Positions 12,548-25,929 of a stretch of 64,000 bases of DNA are shown in pieces. The notes under the pieces were generated by a model. That model had not been told where the DNA came from, did not search any database, and saw only the letters and a program-made list of their open reading frames with translations. The DNA is from Octopus sinensis. Lineage: Eukaryota. Both the position numbers and the translations under genes were made by a program. The stretch lies in NCBI RefSeq assembly GCF_006345805.1, contig NC_043006.1:99572001-99636000 (forward strand), written 5' to 3'. Each line of letters begins with the position of its first letter. The first letter of the stretch is position 1.

Positions 12548-13980
12548 CAGAGAATTGTGTATTTTGTACGTTTTATGTTTCTTCATATATTCAGTATCAT
12601 TTCAAGTTTGTAACTGATTGTCTTGAACAATGACCTGACGTGGAAATGCGCATTACAATACATGTTTAACAAAAGTATATAGTATCATACATGGCGTAAT
12701 GAAGTTGATATCCGGTGTTCGGCACAATGCACTGACTTTGTTCGATCAAATGAATTACGTAGTCCTCAATTAAGCTAATAGTGGTGAAATATACCAGAGT
12801 CATATATACCCTAGACCAGACTACAACTGAAACAACGCATCACAATGATGTATATTCTAAGCTTAGAGGTGCAACACACAATTTAAACTTCTGTACAATA
12901 TTATTCTACGCTTTTTCACTTTCAGGAATTTGTCAAGCTGAGAAGATTCCATTTATCGTAGATTATTCGTACTAGGATGAATCCGGTACCCGGAGATAAT
13001 ATTGAGAACTCCTCGAATATCTGGCTATACTGTAGTTGTAATATAACATAATTTATCGATCTCAGTAATTTTGAAGACTAATAAAGAATTTTTGTTTAGA
13101 AACACTACCTTCTTTCTGGGAATGTTATGTAACCTTTATGTGATATTTTACATGGTTCTGTTTCACTTTGTGAATCGATTTTTATTAATGCCTTGGACAG
13201 ACGAGATGGGTGTTGATGAGTAACGAATGAACTGTAGTTATTCCTGGTTACTATAGATACAGTCTAATCAGAATCAGCAAAGTCACGTACCCCACCGGTA
13301 TCTAGTGGAAACCATTCTATGCTAATGAAGAGGACCACATTCGATTTCATAGCTTTACGGGTATCATTTTACATGTCTGGAGTTAAAGCACTGACGCTTG
13401 CTTTTCAAATAAAGACATATATTCCTTGTGTAGACTCCTTATTCAGATCATATTTTATAGACATTTCCCCAGTATTCTAACCTAATGAAAATCGTTATCC
13501 TAATAATCTTCTTAATTAACTTTAACTAATATAATTCTTGTTTAAGCTGATCATCTTATAAGTAATATTCCTTTGATATAGTGCTGCATATTGATATATT
13601 GTTGAATGGAAAAAGAAGAGCTGTATATTCATTTTATATTTAAATGACTGCAATCTCTCTTGCGGAGACCAGTTACCTTCTATCTCTACCAGCGTTAATA
13701 CTGCAGTATTTGCTCCTAGGTGCTGGCTATTCTATTTTGTTTTTTTATCTACAAAGGCGTTCATAATTGACTTCAGAGTTGGATTGGCAGAATCGTTTGA
13801 ACCTAGGACAAATTACCATCCGATTTTTTGTTCCGGTTATTCAGTTTACGATTTATTATCCAGCCGAGACCAGTCTCGTCTCTTACACTTTCAGAGATCA
13901 CAATATCTACAACGAGATTGTGGTGAAAATAGATTTCTGTTACGAAGTGTAAGAAAGACAAGAACAAGAACAAGAACAGG

Positions 13981-14131
13981 AAGGAAGGAAGCGAGGAAGG
14001 AAGGAAGGAAGGAAGGGGTGGAAGGAAGGAAGGAAGGAAGGAAGGAAGGAAGGAAGGAAGGAAGGAAGGAAGGAAGGGGTGGAAGGAGTAAGGGAGAAAT
14101 GAGGAGGAAGAAGAAGAAGAAGAAGAAGAAG
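13981..14131 (+). repeat. (GGAA)n followed by (AAG)n purine tract
   Basis: Direct reading. Confidence 0.9.
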
Positions 14132-14934
14132 AGCAAACTTTCATTGAATTAAAATTACAATGATGTGTTGCAGCACTTCATTATGAGACAAGCGAAAGGA
14201 AGAGTGTTGTAAAATGAAGGCAATGAGACAAACCTCACATGTGAAAACCAAAAACCAAGGGAACAAGACAAGACTACGTAGTTCTGCAAATGGAAACAAT
14301 TGTCATTCTTGATCTTTTTAGTGCATTGCACACATAAGAAATTATTTCGACAAATACCCGCTGTTAACATAGCTCACTAGCAATATATAATATAAAAAGC
14401 ACTTTATAATTCCTGATGATATTTCTTATCGTGATTTTGAAACATTTTTATGCGTACAAAAAATACGTATTTGTATATCTTATGAACATTTTATGATGCC
14501 AAATAAACATTTGCCACCATTCGTTTATCAAGATTCGGGTCTTATTTTCAACTCCGCAACATATTTTACCAATGCGTGACTCTACAAGAAAGTGTTTTAC
14601 ACACAGATGATGTTTAATTAATTCCTAGTCAATGATATAACACCAGCAGTGCAAGGAACATGTAACACTATTATCACTCATATAGTCACAAGCGGACAAG
14701 AAAATAAGTAACATATTATAAACACAATCGCCTCGCAATAAATATTCCTTTTGACAATATAAAGTCATAATACTAATGTTATATCAGAATTTTAAAAAAT
14801 TCTATTGTTGTATACATACCCAATCTTGAGCCTCGAAAAATATATACACCATACAACCTGGAGACATGATATTTTTCCTCTCGTTCTGCAAAAAACGTCA
14901 AATAAAAACTCTGAAAATACAATATTAATAACAA

Positions 14935-15575
14935 TAACACTCAGAGAATACAAACCTCCGCCAAGGTAACACCAGCGTCTTCTCGACGATTCGCCGGAGA
15001 TGTTTAAAATGAGAATATGTTAAATAAACTCTTACTGATCTGAGAAACGAGAATGCTTATAATGAACTCGACCACTCTCAAAAATTATGTAAAATGAAAA
15101 CAGAATCCTTGTCCGTTTCTAAATGAACAGTATGAGCCCTTTTGTTTTTCTCTTCTCTTAAATTCCGACCTTCGTTTAATATTCCTGTTGTTTTAGATCG
15201 ATGTATGGAATTATGTATATATGTAAGTATACTGTAAATTTTTAATATAAATGTATAATATATGGGAGATAAGTAAGTGAGATCATCAGAGAAAGATTTC
15301 AAAACGTCATCTAAATAAAGTAAATATAACACAAATAATCCAGAATCTTTGCCCTGTGCCGGAAGTTACGAAGCCAAACATCCCTGAAAGTTTCATCTGA
15401 ATCCATCCAGCGGTTCTTGAGATATCTTGTCCACGAACAAACAAATAAACAAAGAAGCAAAGGCAACCGAAAATAAGGCCTGAAATGCATGCGACAAGGA
15501 AGTCGATTACCTCGATAACATTGCTCAAATGGTAAGTTGTTAAACAACGCCGGAATGTCTAATAACAAGTGAAGG
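14935..15575 (+). mobile_element. Helentron-associated (HINE/DINE-1-like) non-autonomous element, degenerate
   Basis: 5' aataacactcagagaatacaaacctccgccaagg. The block 15332-15460 (aaataatccagaatctttg...ccaaacatccctgaaagtttcatc...ttcttgagatatcttgtccacg) is shared with 18021-18216. Confidence 0.5.
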
Positions 15576-16830
15576 CAGAAGAAATGCCGGTAAACATTTT
15601 ATCCGGTATGGTAATGGTTTTGGCATCTCACTGTCTCAATAATGGTTTTAGAAATTCATCGTAAATGATCGATCTTTCCTATTTTATTCCTCGAAATACT
15701 TTTACTTCCACACACCAATTATTCCTAATAATCTCCACACACTATTATGAGTTCTCAGTATAAAGATTTTCCTTCTATATGTAAAGACTATTCAGGTTGA
15801 CTCAAACTTAACTTTTAATAAACTGATGACTACAGAAATACACTTCGACGCATAAATTTAGAAAATAATTATTAAAAATACGGAATCAAAACAAAAGTAA
15901 TAAAATAAGGGAAGGAGTATTAAAACGGATTAGTTTATTTCAACATACCTTTAATTTGATATTCGATAAGAACACTTAGAAATGTATAGAGTGAAAAATG
16001 CGAAAGCAAAACATAGGTTTGAAACAAGCAAACTTATAAATAATGGAAAACAAAGCAGTAGATAAATATTTATGTTCAGACGCGTAAAAATAATATGATT
16101 TAATGTGACGACTAATATGTCTGTATATTACATGAGTATTTTATGGTGAGCGGTATCGAAGCAAAACATCCTCTGTAATTCACTTAGTGAGGGTGACTTT
16201 AAATTGAATATGCTACAGCAGAGAAGGAAAAAAAAGAACCTATTACTTATACTTAAATCACAAAATCTATATACAAATTAATTCTTATAAATATTTATAC
16301 ACGAACAATACTTCAAAAATATCAGTAATTTACATTTTAAAAAATCTAAAAATATCACAAAAATATGATTACATTCCATCGCTCGATAAAATTTCATATT
16401 CATTTTACATCACAAATCAAATTATCCAAAAAAGATTGCATTTTTACCTTTTAAATATTCATGACAATTAAATTTAAGTTATATTTAGTGGTTCTTCAAA
16501 TACCTGAAGAACATTCACACACTGGTATCTATGTGATGGCTTGGTATAAGAGAGTAACATGGTTTACATGCTAACATAATGGCGGTGATATATAGTAAAT
16601 TAAATCAAACGAAGTGAATGACCTGATAAACATTACGGGGAATTATTTCGAACAATGAAAGTTACGCTGCTGATGAATGTGGCAATATTTTTTTTTATTT
16701 TACCAACACCTTCAACATACTCACATAAATAGCAATAATAATAATACTAGTAATACTGTTTTAAATATTGACAGTAATTATACAATATTATACAATATTA
16801 TACAATATTATCATAACATTACGGAGTGTA

Positions 16831-16872
<42 letters not shown>

Positions 16873-16892
16873 TGATGATGATGATAATTTTA

Positions 16893-17194
16893 TTTATTTA
16901 TGCGCCCTTTTCAAGCCTAGCCAGGTTCACGGGCCCGGTTTTCCGGTTTCTGTGGCGTATGTGTTTCCCCCAGCTGGACAGGACGCCAGTCCATCGCAGA
17001 GTTACTCAAGAAACAGGAAGAAAGAATGAGAAAACGTTGGGGGTGTAAGAGTACAACAGGGGTCGCCACCACCCCCTGCCGGAGCCTCGTGTCTTCGCTC
17101 AATAAACACACACAACGCCCGGTTTGGGAATCGAAATCGCGATCCTCCGACCGCGAGTGCGCTACTCTAACCAGAGGGCCAATGCGCCTCCACA
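16893..17194 (-). mobile_element. tRNA-derived SINE, family B, near complete
   Basis: Minus strand: tgtggaggcgcattggccctctgg (A box) ... gatttcgattccc (B box) ... ctctgcgatggactggcgtcctgtccag core ... A-rich tail. Flanked by (TAA)/(CAA) tracts. Confidence 0.75.
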
Positions 17195-17217
17195 ATAATA
17201 ATGATAATAATAATAAT

Positions 17218-17259
<42 letters not shown>

Positions 17260-17290
17260 AACAACAACAACAACAACAATAATAATAATG

Positions 17291-17610
17291 ACAAATAGAA
17301 TATAGAAAACCTGATTTATTAGTAGTAGATAAAGAGGAAAGGAAGTGCCAGATAATTGACTTTACATTCCCAAATGAAAAAAAATTCAATATGAGAGGCA
17401 TCGAATAAATAACAAAATGCCGGGACCTAGTTATTAAATTACAGAGACTCGGGTGCAATATATCATAGTAAGCTTAGGTGCATTAGGAACTATACGTAAA
17501 GGTTTGAGCAGATGTATAAAAGAAATAGGCACAAAACCCAGTTTAGTACAGCTCCCGAAAACAGTGTTATTATGGACAACTAGGATACTTAAGAGTGTTC
17601 CTGGCATCTA
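17291..17610 (+). mobile_element. R4/Dong-like restriction-like endonuclease fragment
   Basis: RKPDLLVVDKEERKCQIIDFTFP ... LGALGTI ... KTVLLWTTRILKSV, matching RPDIVVRDHEEKTCFLIDVSIP ... GALG ... LLGTAHILRRT of the element at 55761-60010. Begins at the end of a (CAA/TAA)n tract. Confidence 0.75.
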
Positions 17611-17639
17611 TCAGCGACCGAGGAAATAGTGAAACAACG

Positions 17640-18010
17640 AATGCAACTGAAAGCCAAACGGCTTAGATGGTATGACAAAAGAATCAAATTTTATCGACAA
17701 AGCAGAGTATTCTAGAAGGATGGAAAGAAATTTTATTGGGAAATTAGCAAAAGCAAGATAGAAGTAAAGAAGCCACCTAAGACTGAGGAAATGGAAGTGT
17801 TCTGGAAGAAGATATGGAGCAACAAATAAGAGTATAATGCTTAAGCTCAGTGGATAGAATTTGAGAAAGTTAGACTGGAGGACGGTGAAGAGTAGAAACG
17901 GGAGGCAATAGAAGTAGAAGGGTTAAGGTGTGTTCTTAGAAAGTCTCACTAATGGAAGACATCGGGGTGGACGAAATCCTTAACTTCTGGTTGAATTATT
18001 TTACAGAAGC
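17640..18010 (+). mobile_element. R4/Dong-like pre-RT fragment
   Basis: KRLRWYDKRIKFYRQ...KKFYWEI...EEMEVFWKKIWS...NWK...ctaacttctggttgaa, homologous to 57370-57700 of the long element. Confidence 0.65.
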
Positions 18011-18020
18011 ACACAATTGG

Positions 18021-18216
18021 AAAATAATCCAGAATCTTTGTTCAGTATCAGGCCAATCTCCAAATATAATCAGTTCTTGCCAATCACAAGACCAAACATC
18101 CCTGAAAGTTTCATCCAAATCCATCCTGTAGTTCTTGAGATATCTTGTCCACGGAGAAACAAACAAAGAATCACGACTGAAAACAATATCTCCGCCTTCG
18201 CTAAGGCGGTGGTAAT
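18021..18216 (+). mobile_element. HINE/DINE-1-like 3' end with terminal hairpin
   Basis: Perfect 7-bp GC-rich hairpin ccgcctt-cgct-aaggcgg (18192-18209) just before the end. Body shared with 15332-15460. Confidence 0.6.
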
Positions 18217-18823
18217 AATGTAGAAATGTAATGGACAGAAAATTTCACTTAGAAAGACTAAAAATATTTTATATTTTCTTTAGACAAACACTTCCTTATA
18301 GAGAATGTATGTGTGTGTGTGTGTGTGTGGTGTGTGTGTGTGTGTAATAGCTTTAGAAGATAATGCAGTGAAATGTTGTTTCACTGGTTAAGCAAAGAAT
18401 ATTATGTATGGAAAACCCACTATATACACTCAACACTTTATTCATTGAAAGGTTATATATATTCTCTCAAAAGATGTTCTATAATAAAAAAAGCTATCAT
18501 TCACATAGCAAAACTTAACTCAGTTTATTTATAACTTGATGCCATCATAATCACCAAAGAGGCATAACTGACCTCAAGTTCATATAGAGATTTTACTATC
18601 AAAGCTTCAAGCATTGAAATGGGAAATGAAGACAGTCTTTCTAAATAAATTCACTTTTTAAAAGAAAGTTTCTCGTGCAGCTGGGGCCTGGATAGAAGAT
18701 TATGACCTTATTAAAATACTGGTAAAATATGTGAATAATACACTCCATAAGCAAAATAATGAGACTGTAAAATTTCGCTAGAAACTGGTGTATAACTGAA
18801 AGTTGAGCAGGATGGTCACTCAC

Positions 18824-18936
18824 CCTAGACTTAAATCCAGCATTATGACTTGTTATGATACAATATAAACTTATATTTATTTGTAATGATGATACCAAGC
18901 TAATTTCATCAAATATCCGTCTTCCATGCATTGATT
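18824..18936 (-). other. Candidate internal exon (113 nt), unknown host gene
   Basis: Minus strand: acceptor tttactctttacAG and donor GTGAGT. One frame is open throughout (SMHGRRIFDEISLVSSLQINISLYCIITSHNAGFKSR). I recognise no homologue. Confidence 0.3.
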
Positions 18937-19326
18937 CTGTAAAGAGTAAAGTTTGTAATTATATTTCGCGTTGAAGTACTAGATTACTTTATCTGCATTC
19001 ATTTGTAAATACACGATTTTATTGAGCGGTGCGAACATATAAATTCATTTATTACACACTGAAATTATTATTACATGAGAAGGCTGCGAAACTGTCTTAT
19101 CCCTGTAGGTGACAGTCGGCTAAATAATTATATATTTACCGCTCGGAATTCCTGATTCTTGTTTTCTATTTTGTTTTCGGTGTATATACACTTCATTTTC
19201 ATATATATATCTAGCTAGCTAGCTGGCTAGTTAACTGTCTTTCTGTCTGACTGCATGTCTATTCATCTATCCATCTAACCATACTTGCATATATATTAAT
19301 ATGTGTGTGTGCGTGTGTATGTTTGT

Positions 19327-19406
19327 ATATATATATATATATTATAATATATATATATATATATATATAATATATAAATATGTATAATATATATATATAT
19401 ATATAA

Positions 19407-19437
<31 letters not shown>

Positions 19438-19490
19438 AATATGTATATATATATTATATAATATATATATATAATAAAATTATGTATCTA

Positions 19491-19521
<31 letters not shown>

Positions 19522-19532
19522 GTATATAATAA

Positions 19533-19569
<37 letters not shown>

Positions 19570-19923
19570 ATATATATATATATATATATAGATATATATA
19601 AATATGTATATATATATAATATATATATATATATATTAAATATGTATATATATATAGATATATATATATAATATATAAATATGTATATATATTATTATAT
19701 ATATAAATATGTATATATATATATAATATATAAATATGTATATATAATATATATATATAATAGTATATATATATATATATATATAATATGTATATATAGA
19801 TATATATATATATTAAATATTGTATATATATATATATATATATAAATAGGTATATATATATATATATATTATATATATATATATAAATAGTATGTATATA
19901 TATATATGTATATGTATATATAT
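19327..19923. repeat. ~600 bp interrupted (TA)n array with recurring ataaatatgtatatat units
   Basis: Direct reading. Confidence 0.9.
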
Positions 19924-21180
19924 GGAAAACGATTAAGATTTGGAAAAAAACAAAAGAAGAGTTTTTTAAAAGAATATTGGCATAGTATAAAATATAGAAG
20001 TCATTTTCCTTGTTTCTCCCGTCTCTGTCTCCCTATTTTTATTCTCGTGGTATCGAGGTCGTTGTGAATTATTGGTAGAGAAGAAGAAGAAAGAAGAAGA
20101 CGAAGAAGAAGAAGAAGAAGAAGAAAAATAAAAGAAGAAGAGGAGGAGGAGGAGGAGGCGAAGAAGAAGAAGAAGAAGAAGAAGAAGAAGAAGAAGAAGA
20201 AGAAGAAGAAGAATGCGCGAGTGCCATGATAGTAGTATGCTAAATGGTTGTGTCAAGAGCAATATATAGGCCAAACAAAAATCAGTCTACGTAAAAGAAT
20301 GTCTCTGCACAGATCCCAGATCAAAATTCCCCCAAACAGAAAAATAGCATTCGGCCAACACATCGACATTTGCGCCGATAATAAAAACCAAGCTTCAGAA
20401 TGTTTTCCCCTCTACCAAATCAGGGACGATACAAATTGTAGCCAACGAATTATTAGAGAGAGTCTCTTCATTACAAAAGACAGACCCCTTTTGAACGCGT
20501 CTACAACAAACGACATATCCAGCACGGCCTTAGAATAATACAAACTCACACGCAAATATTAAAAATTATACACTCAAGAGCTTCCCTACACTTAATCAAA
20601 AACAGTCCCAATCACTCCTATAATCCATAACGAATCACTTTTATGTCACTTGAACATTTATCACCCTACTACTATCATGCTACCTTCATTCCTTCTTATT
20701 CTCCCTTATCTTTCTCCTTCTTCTTCGTCTTCTTCCTCTCCGCCACCTCCTTTCTAACTTTAACACTATTGCTATTTAGAATAATAAAGCATTCAAAAGA
20801 GACGTCTCAAGAATTCAATCAATACTACTATCCACAACGAGTCATTTTCAGGGCATTTGACCATTTAATATACAACTATAATGGTACTTCCGCATTCTTC
20901 TTCTTCTTCTTCTTCTTCTTCTTCTTCTTCTTCTTCTTCTTCTTCTTCTTCTTCTTCTTCTTCTTCTTCTTCTTCTTCTTCTTCTTCTTCTTCTTCTTCT
21001 TCTTCTTCTTCTTCTTTCCTATCAAGAATTCTCAACGACATCGAACCCACAAGAGTAAATAAGAAAGACAGAGACGAGCAGAAACAAGGAAAATGCCCCT
21101 GGTATTTGAATACTATGCAAATATTCTTTTCAAAAATTTTCCTTTCATGTTTCCAAATATATCAACTCGTGAGTTCCTTC
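19924..21180 (+). mobile_element. Penelope-like element relic: inverted pseudo-LTR copy, GIY-YIG fragment, direct pseudo-LTR
   Basis: 19924-20247 is the reverse complement of ~20861-21165, including a (GAA)n/(TTC)n tract. A GIY-YIG fragment lies between them. Flanked by (TA)n on the left and (CA)n on the right. Confidence 0.8.
20248..20538 (+). pseudogene. PLE GIY-YIG endonuclease C-terminal fragment
   Basis: CQEQYIGQT...LRKRMSLHRSQI...GQHIDIC...RIIRESLFITKDRPLLN. Contains the YIG-R-H-E-N catalytic pattern of PLE GIY-YIG domains. Confidence 0.85.
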
Positions 21181-21222
21181 AACACACACATACACGCACA
21201 CACACACTCACGCACACACACG

Positions 21223-21260
<38 letters not shown>

Positions 21261-21261
21261 A

Positions 21262-22100
21262 TATATAATAAAATGAGACAGCAAAGCGAAGATTGCGTTA
21301 AATTTTCAGGACGTATAAATAGAAAATTAGTCTTACAGCTGTTTCTGGAATATTAGTGATAACCCTTCATCAGAGACGATCTGAGATGGTTAAATAAGGG
21401 GAAATATTAGAGTTCAATGTAAGAGGCTATTATAGAAAAGGAAAGAAATAAAGAATATAGAGCGAAATACGAGAATGAAAGTAGAAATAGAATAAAAATA
21501 AAATTATACAAATAAGTTATAGTTGCAGTTCCATTGCGTAAGGAAAGTGAGGTGTAGAAGCGGTAGAAATACGTCTTGTCCGTTGTATGTAAATTCGTCT
21601 TGTCCGTTGTATGTAAATATATGTATGTAAAGTGTGGAGACGTAGATTCAATATGCTGCTCATTCAGCAGTTTTTGAAAATGCTGTAGTAGTATTAAGTG
21701 GATAGATAGGGGATAAGATATGTGTATTATAAAATGAGGAGGGAGATCAAAAAGAAAAGATCAGAAAATAAGAAGGGAAGAAAGAGGAAGAGAAAGTGAA
21801 AATAGGAAGAGAAGATAAGAAAAAGTGAAAGAAAGTGAAAAAAGGATTGTTAGTTGGCGGTCAAGATATTATGAGGGGAGTTGGGAGAGGAGTAAGGGAG
21901 GGATAGGAAGAGAGAAGAATGTAAGGAATGAATATGTGTGAGGTGTGTGAAGTAGGGGGATATGTTAGAATGGCACTAAGGGATGGATACAGAAAAACCT
22001 ATAGGAGGTGGTGTTCTTAGGTGAAACGGATACCTAAAAATGGAAGGGAAGAATAGTAAGAATGATTAAACCTTTATAGATAGATATCTGTTTATTGTAC
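21262..22100 (-). mobile_element. Second PLE-like pseudo-LTR/tail, minus strand, carrying an intact HHR
   Basis: Contains the HHR at 21330-21377 near its (CA)n-adjoining end. Purine-rich on plus, i.e. pyrimidine-rich pLTR on minus. The distal boundary is uncertain. Confidence 0.45.
21330..21377 (-). ncRNA. Minimal type I hammerhead ribozyme, intact core
   Basis: Minus strand: GUCU-CUGAUGA-A-GGG(uuaucacuaauau)UCC-A-GAAA-CAGCUG-UA|AGAC. 4-bp stem I, palindromic stem III (ACAGCUGU), GUA triplet. Predicted cut between 21334 and 21333. Confidence 0.85.
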
Positions 22101-22252
22101 TAGCTAATGAGACAGTATGGGTTAACGAATCAAAGAGAAAGAAAGAAATGTACAATGATATACGGTCGCGCACACACACGTACACATATGTGTGTGCAAA
22201 TGCACTATTCTATAGGTGTGCATACTTGTGTATTAAACCCGTACGGGAGTGC

Positions 22253-22334
<82 letters not shown>

Positions 22335-22475
22335 CATGTATATATATATATATATGTGTGTGTGTTGTGTGTATGTATGTATATATACGCACATACACAC
22401 ATATACATTCACTCGTAAACGCACATAAACGGACACCACACATACATACGCATACGTCGCCTAGGCATGTCCATA

Positions 22476-22507
<32 letters not shown>

Positions 22508-22667
22508 CTATATATATATATGTGCGTGTGTGTAACATATATAATATATATATTACATCACGTATACACATACACATGTACACCATACGCGTGCCCACAC
22601 ACCACCCATACACACATACATATATATATATATATAGAGAGAGAGAGACAGACAGACAGAGACAGAC

Positions 22668-22708
<41 letters not shown>

Positions 22709-24563
22709 GAGAAAGAGACATATAAGTATGTAAGGATAAATGGATAGTTTGATATACGAATACGAGCCCGCAAGCATATGAAGTACGTTTGCCATTATTT
22801 AATTTTTTGTATGTGCTTTATGTGTTAGTTTGTATTTGTGCAATAGCGTTCATATTATATCTCTCATACTATCACCGTACGATCTTTATTATTTCAAACT
22901 ATTTCCCATCCTATTACGTCCTGTCGATCCCAGGTTTATTTACTCTTCATTGACATTTTTCTTCAACTGAAAATTTTCTTTTACATTTACCACACTTACT
23001 CATTATTTTATATATTCGCACCGCTTCTCACTCTATTGCAGTGACTTTTTCACATCATTTCGCACCCTGGATTGTTCTCCTGCTATCTCCTGCCAGAAAT
23101 TTGACTTGTAAACTACGCGATTGACATTCATACATCACTGTTTCTCTCTACAGAATGAAACTCTTTGAAAAGATATGCTTTGAGTCTTTATTAAAAATTA
23201 AACATTGCATTACCATTGGTTTTACACTCGATGTTTTCTGGATTTAAAAATTACGAAAAAAGTCTAAAAACAACACGTTCTTCCATTCTCTAACTTATGC
23301 ATTACTTGGTTGAATTTTATATATCGCACTGTGGTCGTGTATTTCATAAAGTTCCAGCGAATTTATTTAGTGTTAATTACAACTATTATCACTAAATTGC
23401 CGTGACTGTATACAGGACACGCTATATCAAATTAGATCATTCTACATAATGTATGTTTCTTAATATTATAATATGAACCATAAACATGTAAAGATTTTTG
23501 CGCTAAAAATAATCAAACATGCCTGCAAGTAATATGGAATCTATATTTGTTTACCGTTTCCAAAATATATTCCCATGAGAGCATCGTTGCATAAATATCA
23601 GTAGATTCATTATGGTATTTCAAAATTAGTCTTTAAATGTTTTTTTTCCCATTCATGTTAAACAACAATATATTCGGCTGTATTAAGTCTTGCTTCTTGA
23701 AACTAATAATATAGCAATTATAAAACTTCCTGTTTCTTTTTATTTGTTTTGCTATTTTCCCTTGTTATATGTTCAACTCAAAAAATATTTCAGTTGTTTA
23801 ATATGTTGAATGTTATCAAAATATCTTGAATTCTTACAAATGTAGTGTCAGAGAAGAGAACAGAGATCATACGTGGTTGATTAGTGCAATACAAATTTAG
23901 ATATTACACCTGAAGGGAAATCACAGAAATAAATACCAAGCTAAAATTAGCATCGACTTTTATATCAAGTTACACATTTCAGAGAATTGCTACAGAGTGC
24001 ATAACCATATATTTTCAGCTTTAATTGGCACTTAAATTCATAAATTTTATGTCTCCTATATATTACAAATATTATAAATTCATACATTATAAATTTGTAT
24101 TTTAAATAATACGTTATATATTTATTTCATCTTATGTTGTTTTCGATCAACTTTTACATATCCGCTGTAGAACAAAAATAGTCCCGCACTGTGTGGATAG
24201 ATGTATGTTGTAGTGCAGATAAAAGTTAAAATAAAAAACAACTAAAGTTTATCATTCTGATATTCATTAATATTGAGCACACTTATATCTTAATATAAAC
24301 ATTTAAACCTTCATCAATCGTGTCCCATCTTCACACACACTCACACACACACACCACATATATATATACATATATATACATTTCTGTGGGAGTTAGAGAG
24401 TTAGAGATTGAGAAACCAACTAAGGGATAGTACCTATCCAATATATTGCTGGTAGTGTACTCAGTTATCCATACCCAAGTGCTAGTTATTGAAAATGTTT
24501 TTTAATATGTGGAATACCTCTTTTAGGAATGCCATAAGTGAAATGCCACAATTACGGATAGGG

Positions 24564-24617
<54 letters not shown>

Positions 24618-24625
24618 TTATAATG

Positions 24626-24660
<35 letters not shown>

Positions 24661-24699
24661 TAATAATGACGTTCATAACATTGACCAATTTACCGCCAT

Positions 24700-25000
24700 C
24701 TTTAACCCCTCCCTAGACAGCATTACTTCCTCCATTCCTGAGAAAATCCTTACAAAAGCCCTACCATGTAACTACCAACCTGGGGTCATTTGCCCTCTAC
24801 AAATCCGTTGCTGAAGGTCTAACTTACAAATGCACCGTCCTCAACACGCTACACAATTGTACAACTATATATATATAGGGTCAACTATAAAGTTTAAACA
24901 ACGATACGTTGCTCATCTCAATTATATGAGTTTTGAGAAACACGGTAAATACATCATCATCATCATCATTGTTCGACCGTGGTCGAGACAATGGAATTTA
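24700..25000 (+). pseudogene. PLE GIY-YIG fragment of a different subfamily
   Basis: ...YIYIGSTIKFKQRYVAHLNYMSFEKH (YIG-S-T...R...H), preceded by a C..CPL...C-like stretch. Contains stops. Confidence 0.55.
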
Positions 25001-25697
25001 CTATGTTACGCCAGACTTCACGGTCCATCATAGCAATACGGTAAATACACAACACTCGCCAGTCTCATACATCATATCAAAATTAGGAATATTCCATATA
25101 ACCTATCATGGTGCATCAAAGATTCAGAGCTTCTATACCAGGGTCAACGCTCAGCTTGTAAGTTATGCTTAAAGGAGGCATTCTACATATTAAACACAAC
25201 TCGTCAATACTACTAAATAAGTATAATGAGGCCCTAAGTACATGCAACCACCGCTTTTTTCATACCTTCTTTTACACATCTTTTACACAGTGATCACACA
25301 TACACACACACGCATACACTCAATGTGAGCTATATACTTTTAATTAGAGCGAGAGAATGTGTGGTAAGTATATAAAGTGAAAGGAAATTTTAATGTGAAA
25401 GAAAATCAAAAGAAAATATGTTTTTTGTTACTGTTACAGATTTTAAGATTTTAGATTCAGTGAACAATTTCGAATTAAGTATATTGATGTACTTTTTCAC
25501 GTTGAATCTGAGCTTTTGAGTCATTTATTCCACAAAAAGTTTTAAAGTAAATGTTATAAATGTTTAAATTTTGATCATTTTTATCCAATCAGAAAGCAGG
25601 ATTTGTGGGTTATAGGTATGATAAAATAAATGCAAATATCAGAATACGAACTTTTAAACAAAACGAAAGCAATGCGTGAGAGATAATACATATATAT

Positions 25698-25910
25698 ATA
25701 AAGTTAATCCAAACAAGAATACACAAAAAAACACAACAACGCGAGGACGTGGAACAAATATAGTATTATTGGACGCTCAGGAAAGAAGGGAAGAAGGAGG
25801 GTTTAACGTTTCGAGCGGAGCTCTTCGTCGGAAACATAGGAGAAGGAAAGATCCCGAGAAGGGAAGACAGAGGAAAACAATCGCCAACGGTACACACGAG
25901 GTCACATTTT
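25698..25910 (-). mobile_element. ~210 bp non-coding HHR-bearing insert in (TA)n
   Basis: A non-repetitive, GC-richer block bounded by short TA runs on both sides. Contains the HHR at 25801-25835. Confidence 0.6.
25801..25835 (-). ncRNA. 35-nt minimal type I hammerhead ribozyme, U4C core variant
   Basis: Minus strand: GUUU-CCGACGA-A-GAGC(ucc)GCUC-GAAA-CG-UU|AAAC. Perfect 4-bp stems I and II, palindromic AACGUU stem III. Predicted cut between 25805 and 25804. Confidence 0.8.
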
Positions 25911-25929
25911 GCTAGTATATATATATACG

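Noticed and set aside
15823-15845. ctgatga...gaaa as a hammerhead
   Set aside because: No stem II pairing, no NUH triplet and no stem I complement. The same applies to 33284-33300 and 63065-63078.
24370-24565. Possible very old R4-like 3' end before (AAT)n
   Set aside because: Only a vague ELEIEK similarity. The GALG and GTAxILR motifs are not recoverable.
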